Notes under the pieces: generated by a model
Seen by the model: only the letters and a program-made list of their open reading frames with translations
What the model was told of the DNA's origin: nothing
Databases searched by the model: none
Source: Eledone cirrhosa
Taxonomy: Eukaryota
Length of the DNA: 64,000 nucleotides
Direction: 5' to 3'
Assembly: GCA_964016885.1 (NCBI GenBank)
Contig: OZ024744.1
Span: forward strand, 83,638,001 to 83,702,000
Part shown: positions 54,925 to 64,000 of the stretch, in pieces
Numbering within the stretch: position 1 is the stretch's first letter
Layout of the letters: each line of letters opens with the position of its first letter
Translations under genes and position numbers: made by a program

Positions 54925-56393
54925 TTTCGTTTCTGAATTTGTTTAGAAGGATTCTTTATCTGAAAACGTGTGTTGAAACCGATATTGTTATACTTTGGGA
55001 GGGTCATGTTGCCAATAAGAAACACACGCACCAGATGCTTTCACTTCAATTTATTATAAATTAAATTTATAAATTTAGGAATTTATAAATTTCCGGTTGG
55101 TTGGTCGGTTCCACAACCAGACGATTGTTCATATATTGTCAAAGTTCTTTTGTCACACATTCTGTGACCTCTGCAGTGATTGGGGATTCTTTTCTTTGTT
55201 TTTGTGCCTCGCCTTTGTTCTGTCCTACGCCATCTTGTTTGTGTGTGTGTTGTATGTTTAGTTTGCACATGTGTTACATCCGGGTGTCTGTGTGTGTTTA
55301 TATTTGTTTATTTATTTGTTTATTTACATGTTACTGGTTGGTTGTTTGTTCTATGCGTGTGTGTGTTTTCATTTTGTCCTTAATTGTAAGTTGTGATGTT
55401 GCTATTCCATTCATGCTTTCTATTTAATTTTGGTTGGAGTTCATTTATGTTTATTGCCCTCTGTGATTTGTCTAAACATTGCGTCTTTTCTGTGTGTAGA
55501 TTCTATTTTTATTTCTATGTTATCTAATTTACCCTTATGTTCTATTTTAGCATGTTGGTAGAGTACAGATGATTCTTTACTATCTTGAAGCTCTCGCCAG
55601 TGTTCATTTATCCGTTCTCCTATACTACGAGCTGCCTCACCTATGTACACTATATTTTTATCTCTACATTGTCCTTCAGTACATCTTATGCTATATACTA
55701 CATTTCTAGTTTTACAGTTAATATGGGGGTTTGGGGGTTTAATTTACAGATTATACATTTCTTATCTATACAGGGAGGTCTTTGAAAAGGGTATGTATTG
55801 CTAATAAGTGTTTTTATGGAGGTACCTGGTCTTTCTACTATCTTAATATTGAGTTTATGTTTATCTAGGGCCCTTCTGAATTTGTAAGCTAATTCACCTC
55901 TAGCGGTTGTATTGATGAACATTACACTCTGGTATTTATTGCTATCATACCATGAATTTATTCTATTAGCCTTATTCCTAGTTCTTTCTATTCTATTCCA
56001 AAATTTGCTCCTATACAAGGCGCAGGTCCCATTTGTATCATTATTTACCATTTTTTCCCATTTGGTTCTGGCTCCTCTATACACTCTGATTCTATCTCTG
56101 AGTGTAAGCAGAGAACTGCATACGGTGGATGAAGTGTTGTATGTGTCTCTCTAGATGACGTAGGACAGAACAAAGGAGAGGCACACAAACAAAGAAAAGA
56201 ATCGCCAGTCACTGAAGAGGTCACAGAATGTGTGACGAAAGAACTTTGACAATATATGAACGATCCTCTGGTTGTGGAACCAACCAACCGGAAATTTATA
56301 AATTCCTAAATTTATAAATTTAATTTATAATAATTGAAGTGAAATCAACTGGTGCGTGTGTTTCTTATTGGCAACATGACCATCCCAAAGTAT

Positions 56394-56399
<6 letters not shown>
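54925..56399 (-). mobile_element. 5'-truncated PLE family B (linker + GIY-YIG, frameshifted) with inverted 5' pLTR 56152-56399
   Basis: SWYDSNKYQSVMFI, CIDKKCIIC, YIGEAARSIGERINEH; hammerhead intact at 56212-56240(+), mutated at ~55148-55176(-). Confidence 0.9.
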
Positions 56400-56472
<73 letters not shown>

Positions 56473-56704
56473 TATATGTATTGTCATTTCCACCAAAGAG
56501 GTCCGACTAGTCATTGATTACAGAGTCGGGCTAGATCGATACAGATAGAACCTTGAGCTGATCAATAGCGAAACGTGCGTTAATGAAGGAGTAGCCATTC
56601 GTCCTTGTTTTATTTTATTATACTAGACTCTGTCTAGCTCTAGCACTGCCGACGTGAACCTAAACATCGTGTGCTCACTCGAGTGAATCTACAGTAACTC
56701 CGCG

Positions 56705-56783
<79 letters not shown>

Positions 56784-57899
56784 TATATACATAAACAAAT
56801 TTATGGCTCTTTTCTAACTTAGATATACTAATATACTATTCCTGCTGCTGTTACTTATATTTTTCTCTTCTCCTTCATAAATCGTCATTCAATAATACGC
56901 AATGAATGTGAATAGAAATTACCCAGGAACTTTGGTTGAAAGATATATTGGCAGAGAGAAATATTTGCAGTAAAACATTTTATAAAAGAATAACAAACAT
57001 AAAGATTTATTTCAACCTAAATTTTCCTTCAAATCAAGTCCAAGACACCGACACCCGCCACAAAAATAACATAAAACCCACTATTGCAACAAACATGGCA
57101 GTCATACACCAAACATAAAGAAATGAACTAAAGGTTATAACATCATTTACATTTATGATGCCGAATAGTGCTTCTTCTCTTTTTCTAGCGTATGAGTTGG
57201 TCTGAGATTGTTGTCATTTGCTTCATCGAGATCAGAGATAAGTGATAAGATTACAGGATCCATCAAGGGGAGGTAAAAAAACTTGAGCCCCCAGAACAGT
57301 AATCAATCTCCCATTCCCCGTCTATCTCATTATACCAGTAGGTATTTTTCTGCAGTACTTGAGACATCACCAACAAGCATAAGAAAAGTAGAAAAGGTTC
57401 AGTGTGTGGCCGTTTTCATCATATGTCTTATGTTAACTTGAACTGATGAGCTTCAAATGCACTCCAGACGTCGAGGTGCAGTAGCTGCTTCATCCCCTCG
57501 CCTGATCAGTGACAGCCAACCACATCTGGAGTAGTACCAACCACAGCCAACCGTGGCAATCCAAATAAGTCTGTCAGCCAGTTCGATGCTAAAACGTCAC
57601 TGGAAAACATCACTCGACTCAAAAGGCTTCGGGAAAATGTCTGAGAAAATTCCGAAAGCAGCAACTGTACTAGCATCCAATGACCTCATTTAAGCAGTCG
57701 CTAGAAAGCCCTAGTTCTAATCATCCTAGTCACTGGGTGCGCCTATTCTACTTCGGTCTTGGTTGTTCTTACTCTGGTGCTAATAGAGTCTGTTAGGCTC
57801 CCGTCCCAAGTGTGTTCGATGATGTTACGCAAGATTCAAATACCAGCCCGCAATCCTCCGTCTCTGATACTGGTTCAAAGCGCTTGTACCGTGAAAGCG

Positions 57900-59300
57900 C
57901 TAAACTCATTGAATATGATTTCTTAGGTGCGGCCAGAATGATTGCCGCGGTCATGTATGGAGAAGTTTTTCTCCACTCTTCGGTTTAAGGAACAAATATT
58001 GTCTCTTTCAATAAGGTCTTTCCCCTCAAGCTACGACAGAGATGGCCGATGGTCCTCGACCTGGACACTTCGAAGACAACTATCTATACTGCAGTGTGTG
58101 ACTGTTGTATTCACTAGCAGGTTCATTCACAGCACACATGTACCCTACGGTCGTGTTTTTTTTTCTTTTTCGACCTGCTTGGTTGCTCTGAATAATTAAG
58201 ACCATAACATACGACCTATTGATATCGGTTATGTCTTCAGAGGTCTAACTTTCAAAGTCCTCTATTACCTTTGAACTGGTTAAAGAAATAGCTCCTGTGA
58301 AACTCGGGGTCGCTCTAGCCTGCAGATATGAGAAGGGTGTCTATGTTGCATGAAACGAATGTCTACCCGAGCCAGTGTCACCAGATTTTAAGCATCTCCC
58401 CGTCAAACTCGATGTGAGAAAAACCTTCAACTGACTGCGCCAAAACCACTTCCTGGAAAATTGCCTCAGTACAGCACCGTCGATCTACCCAACAGCCACT
58501 TACCATACAGGTCCTTAAGTATATATTTCTCACCATGGATAAAGTTCTTTCATACTCCACCGGCATCCAACAGGGTGACCTCTTGTCTTCGTACTCGGTA
58601 TAGATGATGTAATACATCATTCATTGTGTGGTACTTATATGTTGCGACTATAGATATGCCTGTTGATAATATCTGCTGTGATCTTTCATCTGTAGTTCCT
58701 GCTATGGTAAATCAGTTTTGAAATAAGCTCGCTCAGGTGGGAGTTCGTGAATTTTAATTACAACACAGAAGCCATCGTTATTAAGATGCCGTTGTTACTC
58801 CTCCAGAAGTAGATAAACCTGAAAGGAAAGTTTTCTCATCTTTGGATCACCTAACCCAGCCTGCGATTGACCCGGAAATCCAAACTTCACCAGCTCGAAA
58901 TTCTGATAAATAAACTGCATCTATTAATGCGCATCTGTATCTCTTATTGTTGAAGAATTGCGTCGCTATGCCGACATTATCATCTACCTTTCATGGTGTT
59001 CCCTGTCACTGTTATGCATCTTATCTCTCAAATCTCTGTCATTGCATCTGGCGTTGTGAGGAAGGGATATGCAATATACAATTCGATAACATCGGAAGAC
59101 AGCAAGCCAACTTACCTATCAAATATGGTGACCTTGGTCTCCGGTTTTCAGTTTCATTGGCATTGATGACATATCTTTCTATACTGACCTCATGTCCTTC
59201 CCCATTTAACAAGGTTCTCTATAACACATCAGGTCCTACTACGATCAGTTTAAGATCGCCGATATTTTTATCATTGAACCTATAACTATGGAAATGTTGG
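57900..59300 (+). pseudogene. Highly degenerate CRE-like non-LTR reverse transcriptase
   Basis: Ordered motifs RPIDIG..RGLTFK (58212), LGV, VKLDVRKTFN (58402), STGIQQGDLL (58556), VWYLYVAT (decayed WYLDD, 58626), QANLPIKYGDLGLR (59103). Confidence 0.7.
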
Positions 59301-60064
59301 CATCCTGAGTCCCTAACCACCTCCCTAATTACGTGTATGAAATGCGACTTGCCATCTACAAAAATGTTTTCTTGCAATTTGAAATGTTTCTTTCACTGCA
59401 TCTCACTTGCTAACCTCTGGAGCAACTCCTTTTCAGTTCAGTTCGCTGGGGCTATTGGTTAATATCTACCCAAAGTTCTGCAGATCAGTGAAACAGAACG
59501 AGCGAGCGATATACCTTGGATTGGCAGTACCGGTAGAACGTCAGACTCTATGCTTTGAAGCATAGAATTATAACCATTTACATTCTGAGTACAAATGCCT
59601 TTCTGAGTACAACTTTGGGTACAAATTTGTCTTTCATCATTACGGAGTCGATAAAATAAAGTACCAGTAATGAACTGGAGTAATTACTGGCCTTGTGCCA
59701 AAAGTAGAAACAATTATTGTATGCATTGAACTCTGATATTCTCATTTGTTTTTCTTGACATGATTTGTTTTCTTCTTTAATTTCTCATCCTATTTTCTAA
59801 TAAAGTATTAGCGTCGGAAGCGTTAAGACTTTTCCTACTATATTAAGCATGAAACTAATACATAACTTACCTCTGTTGTGTTATTTGACTTTTCGCACAC
59901 ATAAAATACGCACGAAATAAAATAAGATTATTCTCTATAGAGGATTTAATAATTGTAATTAGATCATTTAAATGAACTAAGGGCACTTATATATTCATAT
60001 CATCTTAGCAGAGCTGATAATGATAACTTTATGTCAATATTAAGGTATATATATATTTTTTTAA

Positions 60065-60137
<73 letters not shown>

Positions 60138-60201
60138 TGTGTGTGTGTGTGTGCGCGTGCGTGTGTGTGCGTGTGTGTGCGTGTGTGTGCGTGTGTGTGT
60201 G

Positions 60202-60420
60202 TAATAAACAAAAACAATACAATTATTCCATTTACCAAAGGTTTCACGAAGGCAGGCGAGCTCGACAGAAACGTCTTAAATCGTCATCAGAAGGAATAAT
60301 TTAATATGGATATAAGATAGGAAATTAAAAACAAAGTCTATTACGATTGGAAGGGAGAGACTGAAATAAAAAAATATATATATATATAAAATAAAATAAA
60401 TGAACGGGAAAAATATACAC
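60202..60420 (-). mobile_element. Hammerhead-bearing pLTR fragment (core 60242-60290); opposite copy 61572-61735
   Basis: Reverse complement of 61575-61670. Confidence 0.75.
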
Positions 60421-60550
60421 ACTGATGCAGAACGTATGGTTAGGGGGTAAAAAATAAATACAAATATATATATATACACACACACATACATATACACATA
60501 CATATATATATTAATATATATTATATACATATATTTATATATATTTATAT

Positions 60551-61048
60551 GTAAGAATATTTTCGAAACAGCGAGCGAGTTTGAAATTAAAAATGTAAGC
60601 TATCGCCGTATTTTGCTTAAAGAAATTAAAGAAAATTATTTAGCCCGATAGTGGGGTAAAGAACCCTCGGAGAAATGGAAAAAGATGAGTATTTACGTAC
60701 AGGGGAGTCGAACCCGCATCTTTAATTATCCAGACCACTGTGCTACCATTACACCAACACATCACCCGTCTTCTTCCATTCAAATTAGAAGCTATAATCT
60801 TAGCAACTGTAAATGTCAAGTAAGAATATTTTCGAAACAGCGAGCGAGTTTGAAATTATAAATGTAAGCTACCGCCGTATTTTGACTAAAGAAATTAAAG
60901 AAAATTATTTAGCCTGATAGTGGGGTTAAGAACCCTCGAAGAAATGTGTTAGTGTAATGGTAGCACAGTGGTCTGGATAACCAAAGATGTGGGTTCGACT
61001 CCCATGTATGTCAATACTCATCTTTTTCCATTTCTCCGAGGGTTCTTA
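60551..61048 (-). mobile_element. tRNA-containing element with 269 bp tandem unit and inverted 5' piece
   Basis: Direct repeat at 60551 and 60820; inversion 60945-61048; (TA)n flanks. Confidence 0.75.
60694..60763 (-). ncRNA. tRNA-like (SINE-type) sequence with A and B boxes; inverted copy 60945-61012(+)
   Basis: TGGTGTAATGGTAGCAC D-arm, TGGT-CTGGATA-ACCA anticodon arm, GGGTTCGACTCCC T-arm; acceptor stem weak. Confidence 0.7.
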
Positions 61049-61090
<42 letters not shown>

Positions 61091-61320
61091 GAGCGCATAC
61101 ATAGATACAAACATAGGCACATTTCAAGATCGGGTTATTGACTTGATATATGCATCCATCTGACCAGACGAAGAAATAACAAACAAAAAATATTGAGATA
61201 CAAAATACCCACAAAAAATATAAACACGGACATATATATACACATACATAGGCATACATACATACGCATATATATATGTAAACGGACTTATATATACACA
61301 TACATAGGCATACATACATA

Positions 61321-61360
<40 letters not shown>

Positions 61361-61574
61361 CACATAATGGTTTCTAATTTTGGCACAAAGCCAGCAATTA
61401 TCCCAGTGTATTACTGGTACTTTATTTTATCGACCCCGTAAGGATGAAAGGAAAGCTAACCTCGGCGGGATTTTAACTCAGATCATAAAGGACCGTAACT
61501 CTATGCTGCAAAGCATGTCGTCCGACCCTGTACCGATTCTGCCAATTCAGCGCCCTTTATATATATATACATAA

Positions 61575-61650
61575 TGTTTCCTTCTGATGAACGATTTCAG
61601 ACGTCTCTGTTGAGCTCGCCTGCTTCGTGAAACCTTTGGTAAATGGAATA
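61575..61650 (+). ncRNA. Type I hammerhead ribozyme with hairpin stem III
   Basis: TTCCTT-CTGATGA-ACGA..TCGT-GAAACC-TTT-GGTA-AATGGAA. Confidence 0.7.
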
Positions 61651-62611
61651 ATTGTATTGTGTTGTTTATTACATATTTAAATAGCTCTGTAGCATACATA
61701 GAGCACTCTCCTTTACCCTTTCTATGAAAATACTTCATATATATACATATATATTATTTGACTTTGTTGTTGTTAGCGAATCGTACGTAAATAAATGAAT
61801 GATTTAATTCCGCCTATAACTTTGGGTCTTTATTCAATATTTACATGCTCTGTGATGTTTCATAAATGAAAGCGAAACATGTAAACAAACAGAGATGGTA
61901 ATAGCAACGGAAAGAGAGGAAGAAGAGAAGCAAGTCCATGATATCTGGGAATTAAGTTCGATCAAATCGTGGGCGAGAAGAGAAGAGGCGTCCAGACCCT
62001 ATGAAATGTGAGCGAGAAAAGGATTTCACACAGGTCAGCCGGGAGGAAGTGAGAGAGGGGAGTAACAGAGAGTGAGTGAGTGAAAGTGTGGGAAAGAGGC
62101 CAACCGAGAGAGGGTGACTGGCAGAGGGGGTGAATGAAGGTAAGAGATACAAGGAGAGAGAAAGAGGATAGCAGTAAGAAAGAAACAGACTGGTCACAGC
62201 GGAGAGAAATATATAAATATAATTAGGTCAGGGCAAGACTTGTGAAAGATATCCTAAAATGGGAAACTGTTAGAAAGCCGACTGGATAGAGGACTGGGCT
62301 TGTATTTCACATGCTTAGTCTTGTCACGCTGATTTTCCTGGACAATTAAGTTACGCGTAGACCATTCTTTGGAATATTCCGTCATTGCACAATAATTCAA
62401 TGAGTAAGTTCCATTAAACCAGCAACAAAACGCTCATCCGTCTCTACCAATGATAGTTCAATCCCGCCGAGGTTGACTTTGCCTTTCATCCTTACAGGGT
62501 CGATAAAATAAAGTATCAGTAATGCATTGGATAATTGCTGGCCTTGTGCCTAAAGTAGAAACAATTATATACAGACAAACATATATATATATATAAATAT
62601 ATATATATGTA

Positions 62612-62890
62612 CATATTATAATAGAATATAAAAGAAAAACGAACACAGACATATACATATAAGTGTTCAAATCGTAAGGGACCGGATTCGCTCAGGTGAA
62701 AAGAATACTAACTATAGACAATTGGGTCTGCTTGTCTCAATTTAAGAAAAAATTAAGCAAATAAATGCAATATATGTATATGTCTGTGTTCGTTTTTCTT
62801 TTATATTCTATTATAATATACGGCTCGGAAATATCTCTTTCTTGGAGCTGTTTTATTGTAAGAGACTATTTTGAGTTCCTAACTCAATAT
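62612..62890. repeat. Inverted repeat pair (62612-62660 / 62771-62818) with tail
   Basis: TATTATAATAGAATATAAAAGAAAAACGAACACAGACATATACATATA and its reverse complement. Confidence 0.75.
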
Positions 62891-62907
62891 ATAACTTTGT
62901 TATATAT

Positions 62908-63011
<104 letters not shown>

Positions 63012-63121
63012 GCATGTATATATATATATATAAATCTATATATACATATGTATATATATATACATTCATATTTATTTATACATATATATATATATATACA
63101 CATATATACATATATATATAC

Positions 63122-63210
<89 letters not shown>

Positions 63211-63331
63211 TGTGTGTGTATGTTTGAATGCATACATACACACACTCCCATATATATATATATATATAGTATCATGATTGATTAATACCATCAAAAATAT
63301 AGCATTCGATGCAATAAACGCATAGATACAC

Positions 63332-63386
<55 letters not shown>

Positions 63387-63498
63387 TATATATATATATT
63401 CATATATACATATAAACACACACATAGAGATATATACACATATATATATAGATATATACATATACGTCATTAATGTTTTTATTCCAGGTTGGAAGGGG

Positions 63499-63539
63499 GT
63501 AGTGTTATCGTTTCAAATGAATTGCTTTTCCGACACTAC
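63499..63539 (-). ncRNA. Decayed hammerhead-like motif
   Basis: GTAGTGT-CGGAAAA-..-GAAACGATA-ACACTAC; perfect 7 bp stem I, mutated core. Confidence 0.4.
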
Positions 63540-63693
63540 TTTGTCAATACGGTTTATTAGGAATTTTTAAATTCTTCAAAAGCGTAATTACTTGAGAGCG
63601 AAAACAATTATAAGGTGGAGCCTGTTGATTAAATAACTTTCTCCGCTTCTCATTCTATTTTCCTCATATACACTGATAAATATACGTATATAC

Positions 63694-63819
<126 letters not shown>

Positions 63820-63895
63820 TTAAATATATATATATAAGTAAATATATATATATATATATTTATATAAATATATATATAAATATATATATATATAT

Positions 63896-63935
<40 letters not shown>

Positions 63936-64000
63936 TTATATATATATATAAGTAAATATATATATATATATATATTTATATAAATATATATATAAATATA

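Noticed and set aside
60945-61012. Functional tRNA gene (GGA anticodon)
   Set aside because: Weak acceptor stem, no long variable arm expected for Ser, the two copies differ, and it lies within a repeat.

Overview
AT-rich, microsatellite-saturated animal genomic DNA. The SINE and repeat content suggests a coleoid cephalopod such as Octopus; that is an inference. There is no convincing multi-exon host gene, only one candidate signal-peptide exon at ~30.0 kb. Most ORF-track calls are (TA)n/(CA)n translation artefacts. The window is a graveyard of retroelements. It is dominated by Penelope-like elements (PLEs; RT + C-terminal GIY-YIG) of at least two lineages and many short non-autonomous derivatives, nearly all inserted in (TA)n tracts as inverted (hairpin) or tandem pseudo-LTRs (pLTRs) with a one-sided tail. 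Reading both strands by eye gives roughly 30 intact or decayed minimal type I hammerhead ribozyme motifs (stem I-CUGANGA-stem II-GAAA-stem III-UH-stem I') from more than 10 sequence-unrelated families. Most have a family-specific palindromic stem III, and one has a compensated U3-A8 core. Some units look like retrozyme-type monomers (310-330 bp tandem or circularly permuted). One pLTR-shaped unit carries a tRNA-like Pol III promoter instead of a ribozyme. Also present: a head-to-tail array of Tx1/L1-like LINEs in (GATA)n, RTE and CRE-like LINE relics, two tRNA-SINE families, a Helitron-like element and a piggyBac-like MITE. Element boundaries were read manually and are approximate (about +/-10-20 bp).
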